Positions 19,559 through 28,733 of a stretch of 64,000 nucleotides of DNA are shown piece by piece. Origin of the DNA: an uncultured virus (IMG/VR IMGVR_UViG_3300030376_002698) (lineage: Duplodnaviria; Heunggongvirae; Uroviricota; Caudoviricetes); IMG/VR virus record IMGVR_UViG_3300030376_002698, positions 1 through 64,000 of that record; one strand, written 5' to 3'. The translations under genes were made by a program, and so were the position numbers. The stretch's first letter is position 1; every line of letters begins with the position of its first letter. The notes under the pieces were generated by a model that did not search any database, was not told the origin of the DNA, and saw nothing but the letters and a program-made list of their open reading frames with translations.

Positions 19559-20239
19559 TTAGTCAATAAGGGTTGCTGGTACCATATTAAGGTTACCTGC
19601 TACGGTACGTCTCTCTCCACCCCCTTCAAAGGGATAGACACAGTGTTGACACCATGATGGAAACATAACGATCTTACCCACCACTGGTTTAATCATACGT
19701 GAAAATGGTGGGCGTAATTCTTCCAAACCACGTGAGCTAGTCTGACCGAAGTGAAACTGTAAAAACCCGTCGGCAATCCCACTGCTGTCGATTAATTTAC
19801 TACTATTGTAGTCCTCTTGCTTGACTATTTGCGGTGGTATCTTAGTCCACGTACTAAAGGATAAGCCCATAATGGTATCGGTACCATGATCGTGGACAGG
19901 GTTATAATCTCGTTCATAAGAGTGGACTGACCATAAGCTATGCACATTAGGCATACGTTTTAAGGGTTCTACTCCGATAGTCTTACAAAACTGTTGGAGG
20001 TAATTCTGTGACATATTTGCCACAACTTGGGTAAACGGTCTTACCAAGGGATCATCAGAGTCTATCTTCAGCTGCTCACCATGTGAAATTTGACCCACCA
20101 GTTTATGGGCAAATGACTCACCACCCTTTTTATGCCGTGCATCCAGGTATTTATTCAAACCCCCCACTATTTGGGAATCTAATTGGGTTTCCAAAAACAG
20201 CACTGCAGGTGCCACACTGAATTTAAGTTCTAATTCCAT
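19559..20239 (-). CDS. Putative 2OG-Fe(II) oxygenase (module A)
   Basis: YNPVHDH, FPSW.QH.VYPF and ERRTVAGN motifs. Confidence 0.75.
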   Translation of the reverse strand: MELELKFSVAPAVLFLETQLDSQIVGGLNKYLDARHKKGGESFAHKLVGQISHGEQLKIDSDDPLVRPFTQVVANMSQNYLQQFCKTIGVEPLKRMPNVHSLWSVHSYERDYNPVHDHGTDTIMGLSFSTWTKIPPQIVKQEDYNSSKLIDSSGIADGFLQFHFGQTSSRGLEELRPPFSRMIKPVVGKIVMFPSWCQHCVYPFEGGGERRTVAGNLNMVPATLID

Positions 20240-20245
20240 ACTACC

Positions 20246-20274
20246 TTTATATAAAACCCCCCCTAATTAGTCAA
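20246..20274 (-). promoter_or_regulatory. Sigma70-like promoter for the oxygenase/late operon A
   Basis: TTGACT-17 bp-TATAAA ending 6 nt before the ATG at 20239. Confidence 0.65.
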
Positions 20275-20369
20275 TACTACCAAGTGATTATAGTTTACAT
20301 GGGTCATATCTATAGCAATAGCCCTACCTATATTATTACGCATGGTCACTTACTACAAACCCGCCCTAT

Positions 20370-20463
20370 TGTGACAATTATGTCACTATTATATTATTCG
20401 CATAACTTAGTATTATGTCTATGTGACTATTATGTAACAGCAGCTGTTGTAATTATGTCACAT
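20370..20463. promoter_or_regulatory. Three operator-like palindromic sites
   Basis: GTGACAATTATGTCAC (20371) plus variants TGTGACTATTATGTAACA and TGTAATTATGTCACA. Confidence 0.45.
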
Positions 20464-20728
20464 GATTTTAATTATTGTACCAATTATATTATTTGATTTC
20501 TATTATTTGGAATTGTTGAGAAGAATACACAGGGAATACATTCAAAGGGTTAATTCTCTAGTGTTTCGGGGAAAAATACCTGGAATAAAGAACAGAAAGA
20601 GAACAGCTCACCAATAAAGATTAATTATCATTACATATATAATATGTACATGGAATCTATGCCTTATTTGTGCCATATTATTATTAGATAAATTACATAA
20701 TTAAAATAATAACAGAAAAGAGTATAGA

Positions 20729-20881
20729 ATGAAATTAATAGAAGAATTTAATAAAAGTCTTGAGCATGATTTACAAGATGTTTTAAATCAATATCAAGGG
20801 AACAAAATCGATAGTGTTCAAGTTATGGAAACACTTAACAACATAGTAAATTATTATAATAAAATAACAGAAAGAGCATAA
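20729..20881 (+). CDS. Early hypothetical protein, 50 aa
   Basis: Manual translation; preceded by the repeated AACAGAAA(A)GAGTATAGA leader. Confidence 0.55.
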   Translation: MKLIEEFNKSLEHDLQDVLNQYQGNKIDSVQVMETLNNIVNYYNKITERA

Positions 20882-20882
20882 A

Positions 20883-21392
20883 ATGAATAAAATAGAGATT
20901 AAATCATTAAAAGTATATGAAAGCATGAGTGAGGAAACTAATTGCTTCAATTGTTTTATTTACATTGATGGCAAAAAAGCAATCTATGTTAAAAATCAAG
21001 GACAAGGTGGAGATAATGATTATGATGTATCTTTTAAGTATTTAGAGAAAGTAAACAAATTTATTTACAATTCATTTCCTAACATTAAAAAAGAAATTGA
21101 TGAGGAAGATTACTTACAGGAAGATTTCTCATTAGAGTTATTTATTGATAAAGCAATTAATGAATACTTTGCAAATAAAGAGTTAAAATCATTTGAGAGA
21201 CAACTTAAAAGAGAATTTATAATATGTCATGACTTATTAGGTGATGACACTTATACTTATTGGAATTTAAAAAAAGTTCCTTATGACAAAATAAAAGACC
21301 ATGTTTTAAAAAATGATAATAAATTTCCTAATGCAATTATAATAAATGAATTGCCTTTAAAAGAGGGTTTTAAAATACTACACAAAAACTAG
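20883..21392 (+). CDS. Early hypothetical protein
   Basis: SEET.CF and V.N.G.GG motifs common in phage early proteins. Confidence 0.7.
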   Translation: MNKIEIKSLKVYESMSEETNCFNCFIYIDGKKAIYVKNQGQGGDNDYDVSFKYLEKVNKFIYNSFPNIKKEIDEEDYLQEDFSLELFIDKAINEYFANKELKSFERQLKREFIICHDLLGDDTYTYWNLKKVPYDKIKDHVLKNDNKFPNAIIINELPLKEGFKILHKN

Positions 21393-21446
21393 TCTTTAAC
21401 TTATACCGTCAATCTATATTGGCGGTATGAGATACAGATTGTATCA
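21390..21446 (+). repeat. Structured intergenic repeat, copy 1
   Basis: TAGTCTTTAACTTATACC-hairpin-GGTATGAGATACAGA..GTATCA; recurs at 21645. Confidence 0.8.
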
Positions 21447-21471
21447 AAACAAATAACAGAAAGAGTATAGA

Positions 21472-21642
21472 ATGAATAATAAATTTAATGTAATAGCTTC
21501 TATTGTAAGCGGTGAAACATGTAGTGATTTCAATTTATTAATGGAAGATGAAGACTTTGCAGCTTTAGCAAAAAAAGTAGTTCAATTACCTATTAATGAA
21601 GCAACTGAAAAACTTATTAATAAAGCTAATGAGATTATTTAA
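21472..21642 (+). CDS. Early hypothetical protein, 56 aa
   Basis: Manual translation; lies between the two structured repeats. Confidence 0.6.
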   Translation: MNNKFNVIASIVSGETCSDFNLLMEDEDFAALAKKVVQLPINEATEKLINKANEII

Positions 21643-21644
21643 TA

Positions 21645-21710
21645 TAGTCTTTAACTTATACCTAGTACTTAGTTACTAGGTATGAGATACAGACAATAAA
21701 GTACGTATCA
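21645..21710 (+). repeat. Structured intergenic repeat, copy 2
   Basis: Same flanks as 21390; different but still base-paired stem. Confidence 0.8.
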
Positions 21711-21729
21711 ATTTAATAGGAGTATAACA

Positions 21730-22032
21730 ATGAAAGACACAATTACACAATTCCAGTTCTGCGACTGGTTCCAACAAAATAGACCTAATAACTTTACTTA
21801 TGAAGGCTCAAAAGCTCTATTTGATTATCTTGAAGATTTAGAGGATAGTATGGGAGAAGAAATAAATTTTGATCCGATTGCTTTATGTTGTGAATATGAT
21901 GAATATAACAATTTAAAAGAATGTTTAGTTGCTTACAGCAATTTAAATCTAAAAACTATTGATGATTTAAGAGATCATACAACAGTAATAGAAGTTGATA
22001 ATTGTGATAAAATAATAATACAAGCGTTTTAA
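21730..22032 (+). CDS. Early hypothetical acidic protein
   Basis: NNFTYEG..ALFDYL and FDPIALCCEY motifs; RBS. Confidence 0.7.
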   Translation: MKDTITQFQFCDWFQQNRPNNFTYEGSKALFDYLEDLEDSMGEEINFDPIALCCEYDEYNNLKECLVAYSNLNLKTIDDLRDHTTVIEVDNCDKIIIQAF

Positions 22033-22053
22033 TTAAATAAAGGAGTATTAAAA

Positions 22054-22302
22054 ATGATTATAAATGAAAAACAAAATAATTACGCATATCAGTTAATGTG
22101 TTTTATGGACATATTAAAAGGCTATGAAAATTGGCAGAATAAACTTGGCAAGAAATACCTAAATTCAAAAATAGAAAGTTCAGAAGAACTCTTTGAATGT
22201 TTAGGGTTGTTTATTAGTGATTGCAATAATAACGATAAAAACTTAGATAAGCCTAAATATGATTGGTGGCAAGATTTTTGTTTTTACAATTTAAAAAATT
22301 AA
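22054..22302 (+). CDS. Hypothetical protein
   Basis: AAGGAG RBS, tightly packed. Confidence 0.6.
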   Translation: MIINEKQNNYAYQLMCFMDILKGYENWQNKLGKKYLNSKIESSEELFECLGLFISDCNNNDKNLDKPKYDWWQDFCFYNLKN

Positions 22303-22326
22303 CATAAAAAAAAGGAGTATAGAACA

Positions 22327-22524
22327 ATGCAAGACACAATTACACAATATCTATATGAAGTAATTTACTCAAAAAATAATGAGTTATTTTATGAACAGTT
22401 ATATAGTAATTCAGAAGATAGTGCTGAAAATAGTTTTTTACTTAAAAGAAAAGACTTAACAGGAGATAATTTAAGAAGTATTTATTTAATAAAGGAGTAT
22501 AAAAATGCAAATAAAAACAACTAA
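22327..22524 (+). CDS. Hypothetical protein
   Basis: RBS; N-terminus MQDTITQ matches that of 21730. Confidence 0.55.
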   Translation: MQDTITQYLYEVIYSKNNELFYEQLYSNSEDSAENSFLLKRKDLTGDNLRSIYLIKEYKNANKNN

Positions 22525-22729
22525 AGACATACAACAATTTATTGATTATCTTTATAATCAAAACATAAATTTTCACTGGGATGATGATTTTCGTGATTAT
22601 GTTAATTATAAAAACAATAGAGCTTTTAGTTTAAAAAAGGCTAATAAATTAAATACTTTGTTAGAACAATCTTTAAAACTTAATTATAATTTTTTAACAA
22701 AATATACGCTTAAAAAATATACATCATAA
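22505..22729 (+). CDS. Hypothetical protein
   Basis: RBS; NFHWDDDF motif. Confidence 0.6.
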   Translation: MQIKTTKDIQQFIDYLYNQNINFHWDDDFRDYVNYKNNRAFSLKKANKLNTLLEQSLKLNYNFLTKYTLKKYTS

Positions 22730-22743
22730 AGGAGTAATAAAAA

Positions 22744-22965
22744 ATGCAAGAATATGACAAAGCTCAAGTAATAATACATAAAAATATGGAGTATGAGAAA
22801 GAACAAATCCATGAACAATTTAAAAGTATTAATGTGCCTGTATATTTACACATTAGATTATGTGAAACAATAGAACAGGCCATGTTCGCAGCCCCAAATA
22901 AAAAAGAGGTTGAAAAACTAGTATTAGACGCATTAAAGGCTAGCATAGAAAGGGTTAAAACATGA
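22744..22965 (+). CDS. Hypothetical protein
   Basis: RBS, operon context. Confidence 0.55.
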   Translation: MQEYDKAQVIIHKNMEYEKEQIHEQFKSINVPVYLHIRLCETIEQAMFAAPNKKEVEKLVLDALKASIERVKT

Positions 22966-23266
22966 CACAAACTTTTTTAATACTAGTTGCTATAATATTT
23001 GGCCTTATAATCTTGGGCTTGTGTGTTCGGGATTTAGTTAGAATATTTATGAACCATGACAAACAATGACCACAATTCTTATATTTATAATATATGTAAT
23101 TGGTGGGCTTTTAATAGCTTATAAACTTAACAAGAAAGATAAAAAATAATGGACTTAGATCAATTAGAAATAGAAATATCAGTAATTTATAAAGGTGAAA
23201 AAATAAATGTTGATATATCAGACGAAGCTCTAGAAAGTATACAGGAAGATATAGAGTTAACTTATA

Positions 23267-23488
23267 ATGAAGAACACAAAGAAAACGAGGCAAACAATGA
23301 GTGAAGGCGGTATGATAGAATATAGTATTTGTTCAGAAGGCAATACTAAATTTATATTTACAAGTTTAGATAAAACAGAGGTTAGAACCTTAATAAACTT
23401 GCTTAATACGGCACATAACAAATACTTACTAGAAGCTAGAGGACTTGCAAAACCTTTATCTGATAGATATTTTATAATGGAACATTAA
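23267..23488 (+). CDS. Hypothetical protein
   Basis: Abuts the methyltransferase; start uncertain. Confidence 0.45.
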   Translation: MKNTKKTRQTMSEGGMIEYSICSEGNTKFIFTSLDKTEVRTLINLLNTAHNKYLLEARGLAKPLSDRYFIMEH

Positions 23489-24646
23489 ATGAATGTATTA
23501 TCTTTATTTGACGGCATGTCTTGCGGTCAAATTGCATTAAATAGATTAGGCGTAAAGTATGATAAATATTTTGCGTCTGAAATTGATAAATATGCAATAC
23601 AAATAACAAAAAAAAACTATCCTAATACTATCCATATTGGTGATGTTACAGCCATTAAGGCTGCGGAGCTTCCAAAAATAGATTTATTGATGGGCGGATC
23701 ACCTTGTCAGGGTTTTAGTTTTGCAGGAAGTCAATTAGCTTTTGATGATCCTCGATCAAAATTGTTTTTTGAATTTGTAAGATTATTAAAAGAGTTAAAA
23801 CCTAAATACTTTTTACTCGAAAATGTTAGAATGAAAAAAGAATATTTAGATATTATTACTGAACATTTAGGTGTTGAACCAATACTTATTAATAGTGCTT
23901 TAGTGTCAGCACAAAACAGACAAAGATATTATTGGACTAATATACCAGGAATTTTACAACCTAAAGACAAAGGTATAGTTTTAAAAGATATATTAGAAAC
24001 AAACCCAAATGAAATAACAAAAATGTCAGATAAATTTGTTAATAGACAAATGAAAAATAAAAAAGATAAATGTTTAATTGATGAATCAAAACCTAAAGCA
24101 AGTAATTTATCAGCTATGGAATATGTCAAAAATGGTAGACAAGGTGATTATTTAGCTTGTGATTATGATGGTAAACCTAAACAAGTTGGTATAGCTACTG
24201 ATATAAATGGATATGATATTATAAAACGTGTCTATTCAGAAAATGGTAAATCACCAACATTAACTACAATGGGTGGTGGTCATAGAGAGCCTAAAGTTAT
24301 GATTGATAAAACAAAACCTAATCAAATAAATCCTAGTAAAAAAGCAGGTGGCAAACAGCCATATATGCAAGATAGAGTTTTTGCAGAACAAGGTAAATCT
24401 CATGCTTTAACAGCTACTTTTGCAAATCGGACTAATGTAGGTTTAACTAAAGATACTACACAAGATGTTTATTGGCGAAAATTAACCCCTGTAGAATGTA
24501 GTAGATTACAAACTGTTCCAGATAATTATTGCGATGGAGTTAGCAATTCACAAAAATACAAAATGTTAGGAAATGGTTGGACTGTAGACGTAATTTGTCA
24601 TATTTTAAGTCACTTATATTTTTTTAAAGGAGTAATAAATGAATAA
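23489..24646 (+). CDS. DNA (cytosine-5) methyltransferase
   Basis: Motif I LSLFDG, catalytic GSPCQG, LENV, Q.R.R, RKLTP.E, GNGW. Confidence 0.92.
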   Translation: MNVLSLFDGMSCGQIALNRLGVKYDKYFASEIDKYAIQITKKNYPNTIHIGDVTAIKAAELPKIDLLMGGSPCQGFSFAGSQLAFDDPRSKLFFEFVRLLKELKPKYFLLENVRMKKEYLDIITEHLGVEPILINSALVSAQNRQRYYWTNIPGILQPKDKGIVLKDILETNPNEITKMSDKFVNRQMKNKKDKCLIDESKPKASNLSAMEYVKNGRQGDYLACDYDGKPKQVGIATDINGYDIIKRVYSENGKSPTLTTMGGGHREPKVMIDKTKPNQINPSKKAGGKQPYMQDRVFAEQGKSHALTATFANRTNVGLTKDTTQDVYWRKLTPVECSRLQTVPDNYCDGVSNSQKYKMLGNGWTVDVICHILSHLYFFKGVINE

Positions 24647-24806
24647 CGAACTAGCAAAAGACATTTTACAAATGATAGAACACGCACAAAATAATGTTGA
24701 TAATGGTGGCTCATTTAGTCAATATGTAAAATTAATAGAAAGTATTAAAAATTTATGCACAGCAGAGAAACTAAAAAAACCTACAGTTTCATTTTGGCGT
24801 GATTAA
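24639..24806 (+). CDS. Hypothetical protein, 55 aa
   Basis: Manual translation; AAGGAG RBS. Confidence 0.5.
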   Translation: MNNELAKDILQMIEHAQNNVDNGGSFSQYVKLIESIKNLCTAEKLKKPTVSFWRD

Positions 24807-24901
24807 AATGCCACAATTAATTTGTGATTGCTGCAAAAGAAAGTTTAACCCTAGACACTACAATAATTTTTCTTATCATTATGACGGTAATGGTAGGGAA
24901 G

Positions 24902-25183
24902 TTATTGTGTGTACTCAGCGTTGCCAGAGGGTCGTACTTGCAAGTATTGAATTTCAAGTATTACCCCTTTTGGAATAACCTGTGACCTGCCAAATAAATC
25001 ATCTTCGTTTTCATGGTCTTTATCAGCAGAAATAGTGACAAATTTATCGTTCTCGGTGATTAAATAGCCTAAACTATCTATAGTACATGGTTCAGCTTCT
25101 AATAAATCTTGTTTTGATTGCCAAACTGATAAACTACACTCATTCGTATCGAGCCAAACTACATTTACCATTGGAAATATCAT
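24902..25183 (-). CDS. Conserved phage hypothetical protein
   Basis: V.W.D, S.GYL and IPKG.I pattern. Confidence 0.65.
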   Translation of the reverse strand: MIFPMVNVVWLDTNECSLSVWQSKQDLLEAEPCTIDSLGYLITENDKFVTISADKDHENEDDLFGRSQVIPKGVILEIQYLQVRPSGNAEYTQ

Positions 25184-25449
25184 TAATGTATCGTTTCAAA
25201 TGTTTCATCGTCTAAATGAAATATAGTTTTAGCATTTTTGGTAAATTCTTCATTAACTACCAAATCGAGAAAGTTGCGAGCTATAAAATAACTAGCCATA
25301 GCACGAGCTACCTTTTTTCCTTGTTTTCCAAAGGCTTTTAATACCTCAGTTTCAAAAAAGAATTCTGTTAATTCTTCAAGGCTAACTTGGTCAAGGTATT
25401 CATCTGATTCTAAACGAGATTGACTGGCTTTTGGATTCAATTTTGCCAT
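25183..25449 (-). CDS. Hypothetical protein
   Basis: Coupled to the downstream gene. Confidence 0.55.
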   Translation of the reverse strand: MAKLNPKASQSRLESDEYLDQVSLEELTEFFFETEVLKAFGKQGKKVARAMASYFIARNFLDLVVNEEFTKNAKTIFHLDDETFETIH

Positions 25450-25461
25450 TATATGTAAAAA

Positions 25462-25641
25462 TTAACTTAAAGTGTCGCTAGATGCAATACTAGTTAGCAC
25501 TTTATTTTGTGTTAAGATCGCCTTGAAGCACTTTATATGGTAAAAACTCATTGGCCAAAAGCAATCAAGGGTAAATTTCTTTGATCTATGCACAGGCAAT
25601 CCACAATGCCGACATAAGCCGACAATTTCTTTACTTTTCAT
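25462..25641 (-). CDS. Possible small Zn-binding protein, 59 aa
   Basis: Manual translation containing CRHC...H..C. Confidence 0.35.
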   Translation of the reverse strand: MKSKEIVGLCRHCGLPVHRSKKFTLDCFWPMSFYHIKCFKAILTQNKVLTSIASSDTLS

Positions 25642-25711
25642 ATTGATTTTTAGCTAAATTGTAGGTAAAAGATTGTAAGGCTTATGATCTCAGCCTAGCA
25701 GGGTAAGTTTT

Positions 25712-26053
25712 TTATACTCTCTTGCCCTGCGTTTTCTGAAAACTATCCCATAATAAGGCTGCATATATCGTTGGTTCGAGCTTTCTTTCTATCCAAAAGC
25801 TACGTTCACCAAGCCAATGCAAATAATGGTGACAAATAGCACATAAAGGCACGACATAGTTATCGTCTGTTTTCCTAGACATACCGCCATTACCCTTAAT
25901 TATGGTCAAATGGTGAGCTTGTATATCTTCAGTTTCACGACACTCACAGCAAGGGAAAGTCCTTACATAAGCAAGATGTTTAGGGGATCTAATTGGTACA
26001 GATTTAGCAAGAGCAAACTTACTATAATCTATTTTTTTACGTCTTTTTGCCAT
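25712..26053 (-). CDS. Zn-finger HNH-like nuclease (DUF968-like)
   Basis: PCCEC, QAHH, K.DD..VVPLCAICH motifs. Confidence 0.7.
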   Translation of the reverse strand: MAKRRKKIDYSKFALAKSVPIRSPKHLAYVRTFPCCECRETEDIQAHHLTIIKGNGGMSRKTDDNYVVPLCAICHHYLHWLGERSFWIERKLEPTIYAALLWDSFQKTQGKRV

Positions 26054-26540
26054 TTCTTATAGTTGCAGGGTTATCTCGTAGGCCTAATGGGTAAAATGCT
26101 TCATTTAAGGCCTGTTTAAGCCTACTTGATGCTTTCCTTGACGATACCCCTATTTTTCTCGAATATTGCTTAATTGTGTACCCCATGCCACAAATATGTT
26201 GCAAAGCGTCTGCATTGTTCTCGCCAATCACTGAATTTATGTAATTCATCTTATCTAAAGCCACTAAACGTATATCGCCACTATCTTTACCTTTACTTTG
26301 TTGTATTCGGCATCCATAGGCTTCCAAAGATGTACTATCACCCCTAGATTTTAATTCTATGGTTTCCCACAATCTACGGTATATATCCGCAGCTTGGACT
26401 TCCAAATAGGTCAGTATGCGTTTACTAGATAAATAAGCTATTTCGCTTTCTCTATCGTTATAAATGATAACCCTGTCAGTTTTTGGGTTGTGCAGTCGTG
26501 GCTCGTATACTCTACGATCTTCCTTTTCCAAGTTGCTCAT
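26037..26540 (-). CDS. Putative late-gene regulator with C-terminal HTH (Q-like position)
   Basis: L...C.MG.TI.....IG...L..AL C-terminal pattern next to a DUF968-like gene. Confidence 0.45.
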   Translation of the reverse strand: MSNLEKEDRRVYEPRLHNPKTDRVIIYNDRESEIAYLSSKRILTYLEVQAADIYRRLWETIELKSRGDSTSLEAYGCRIQQSKGKDSGDIRLVALDKMNYINSVIGENNADALQHICGMGYTIKQYSRKIGVSSRKASSRLKQALNEAFYPLGLRDNPATIRNGKKT

Positions 26541-26712
26541 TGAATTTTTTTAACCATATTAAATATTGATCGTCAGGTAGCCGAGTTTTCATGTCAGCTA
26601 TCAATTTTTGAGTCCAGTGTTGCGTTGTAGACTTTTTGCGATATACATTGTAAGCCAATGACTTCTTTTTAGTGATTTCTTGCAAAAGTGATTGTAATTT
26701 TTTACTTGACAT
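26512..26712 (-). CDS. Hypothetical protein
   Basis: First gene downstream of a strong promoter. Confidence 0.55.
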   Translation of the reverse strand: MSSKKLQSLLQEITKKKSLAYNVYRKKSTTQHWTQKLIADMKTRLPDDQYLIWLKKFNEQLGKGRS

Positions 26713-26731
26713 AATTTTTTAAATCAACGAG

Positions 26732-26760
26732 ATTATATTATATTATATAATTTTATTCAA
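26732..26760 (-). promoter_or_regulatory. Sigma70-like promoter
   Basis: TTGAAT-17 bp-TATAAT in an AT-rich divergent spacer. Confidence 0.6.
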
Positions 26761-26812
26761 TATAGATAAGATGTTTTATATAATATTATATAATATAATA
26801 GAAAGAGTATAA

Positions 26813-27607
26813 ATGAGCAATCACAAAACAGAACATTTAGCGGAGTCAGGTCATTGGTATGATTACAAAGGTAATCCGCAGTATGAAATCTTAGGTAAGA
26901 ACGGTAAGCTCAGACCAACCACATTACGAGATGCAAGAAAATTATTTTATGTACCATCAGTTACAGGTATCATAGGTGTTGCAGCTAAACCTGGACTTGA
27001 GAACTGGAAGATAGATCAAGGTATCAGTGCAGCTTTAACATTAGAACGCTTAGAAGATGAAAACGATTACCAATTCTTATCAAGAGTAAAAGCTGATAGT
27101 AAAGAGCAAGGTATGAAAGCTGCTGAGATCGGTACAATTATACATGCACAAATAGAACAAGGCTTTCAAGGTAAACGAGAAACCAAACCATATCTAGCGG
27201 TTAGAAAATTATTAGATGAATTATATCCTAATGAAACTTGGGTAGCAGAAGGATCATTCTGTCATACACTAGGTTATGGTGGTAAAATAGATTTATATTC
27301 TGAGTCTGGTATTTTTATAGATTTTAAAACTAAAGATAATATTGAGGGTAAGAAAGCTAGTAGTTTAGTTTATGACGAACATGGTATGCAGTTAAGCAGT
27401 TATGCTTTAGGCATAGGTGTTGTCAAACCAGAACGAATGAGTATTTTTATTGATAGAAGTAATACGGAATTGATTGTCAGTCATCGTTGGGATCCTGACA
27501 CTCATGCAAGACATCTTGCTATGTTTAATAGTCTACTGACTTATTGGAAGCTATTAAAAAATTATGATCCTAGCGAACAACTAATAAAACTCAAGGAGAG
27601 TATATGA
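26813..27607 (+). CDS. PD-(D/E)XK exonuclease
   Basis: PSVT.I, GT.IH, E, G.ID, IDFKT, QL..Y motifs. Confidence 0.75.
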   Translation: MSNHKTEHLAESGHWYDYKGNPQYEILGKNGKLRPTTLRDARKLFYVPSVTGIIGVAAKPGLENWKIDQGISAALTLERLEDENDYQFLSRVKADSKEQGMKAAEIGTIIHAQIEQGFQGKRETKPYLAVRKLLDELYPNETWVAEGSFCHTLGYGGKIDLYSESGIFIDFKTKDNIEGKKASSLVYDEHGMQLSSYALGIGVVKPERMSIFIDRSNTELIVSHRWDPDTHARHLAMFNSLLTYWKLLKNYDPSEQLIKLKESI

Positions 27608-28071
27608 CAACAGTAACAGGTGAAATAAAAGTAATAAAAGATTACGGAGTTGATGGTAAACATAATTGGTTTACCGTTATCAATGACGCAGAGGGCCAGG
27701 AACATAAAGCCTATTCCAATGCTAATCTATCTGAATTTGCAAAAGATGATATCGTGCAAGTTGAAGGTATGACTAAAAGTGGTAAGGCAGGAGCCTATAT
27801 TGCAGCTACTAAGTTTATGCGTATCGGTGAAGCTATGAACCAAGATCCAGAACCAGCCGTACCACCACCGACAGTAAGTACGCCAACTTACACACCAAAA
27901 GCTAAACCTACCGAAAGCACTAGTGGTTATACTAGAGAAGAAGGTATGTTGGTTATTGGTATATGGACTAGAGGTGTAACATCTGGTCGAAGTAGTGAAC
28001 AAATAAGTTCGTATTGTGATGAAGCTCTAAACTACTACAGAAAGGATGAAAACGATGACACCCCATTCTAA
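27604..28071 (+). CDS. Putative single-stranded DNA-binding protein
   Basis: OB-like N-terminus, Pro-rich linker, acidic DDTPF tail; follows the exonuclease. Confidence 0.55.
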   Translation: MTTVTGEIKVIKDYGVDGKHNWFTVINDAEGQEHKAYSNANLSEFAKDDIVQVEGMTKSGKAGAYIAATKFMRIGEAMNQDPEPAVPPPTVSTPTYTPKAKPTESTSGYTREEGMLVIGIWTRGVTSGRSSEQISSYCDEALNYYRKDENDDTPF

Positions 28072-28193
28072 TATAAATAGTGAGATCCAGTCTTTGATTG
28101 AGTCAATTAAAGATATGAAAGAAAACCTAGCGTCAATAGGTAAACGATTTGATGACGCAGTTGAGAATAATTCTAAACTGAAAGAGTATAAAG

Positions 28194-28733
28194 ATGGTAC
28201 ATCACAATTTACTAGATAAAAAACAAAGTGCGTATGAGACTTACGGTAAAAAAAAGTTTTTAAAAATGGAGTACATTCGCACACCGCAAGAAATATGGCA
28301 TGAGTTATCACAAGAGTTTCAATTTACTGTGGATGCTTGTGCCTCTGATAAAAATCATTTAGTTGATAAATATTGGACAAAAGAGAGGTCAGCTTTAGAC
28401 CAAAATTGGGATAATGAAATAGTTTATTGTCATCCTATGTACAACTCAAGCATACCAAAGTTTGTTGCCAAAGCCTTTAATTCAAAATGCATGACTGTAT
28501 TTTTATTACCAAGTGGAACTAATACAAAATATTTTCATAAATATTTTTGGTGCAATAAATATCATAAGCCAAAAGACCGAGTACAAATAAGGTTTTTGAT
28601 TAAAACAGATCATCTAAATGGTTTTAAAATGGCTACCGATGATGGTGTAATGCCTGAACGTGGTTATTTACGACCTCTTATGATAGTAATAGTTGATAAC
28701 AGAGAGTATAATGGCAAGGGACTTTCATCTTAA
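28194..28733 (+). CDS. Phage DNA N6-adenine methyltransferase-like protein
   Basis: RTP, F..DACAS..N, L.Q.W, V.LLP..T.T.YFH motifs; NPPY replaced by HPMY; start uncertain. Confidence 0.7.
   Translation: MVHHNLLDKKQSAYETYGKKKFLKMEYIRTPQEIWHELSQEFQFTVDACASDKNHLVDKYWTKERSALDQNWDNEIVYCHPMYNSSIPKFVAKAFNSKCMTVFLLPSGTNTKYFHKYFWCNKYHKPKDRVQIRFLIKTDHLNGFKMATDDGVMPERGYLRPLMIVIVDNREYNGKGLSS

Noticed and set aside
20284..20496. 70-aa ORF in the control region
   Set aside because: Overlaps operator-like repeats, no RBS, implausible composition
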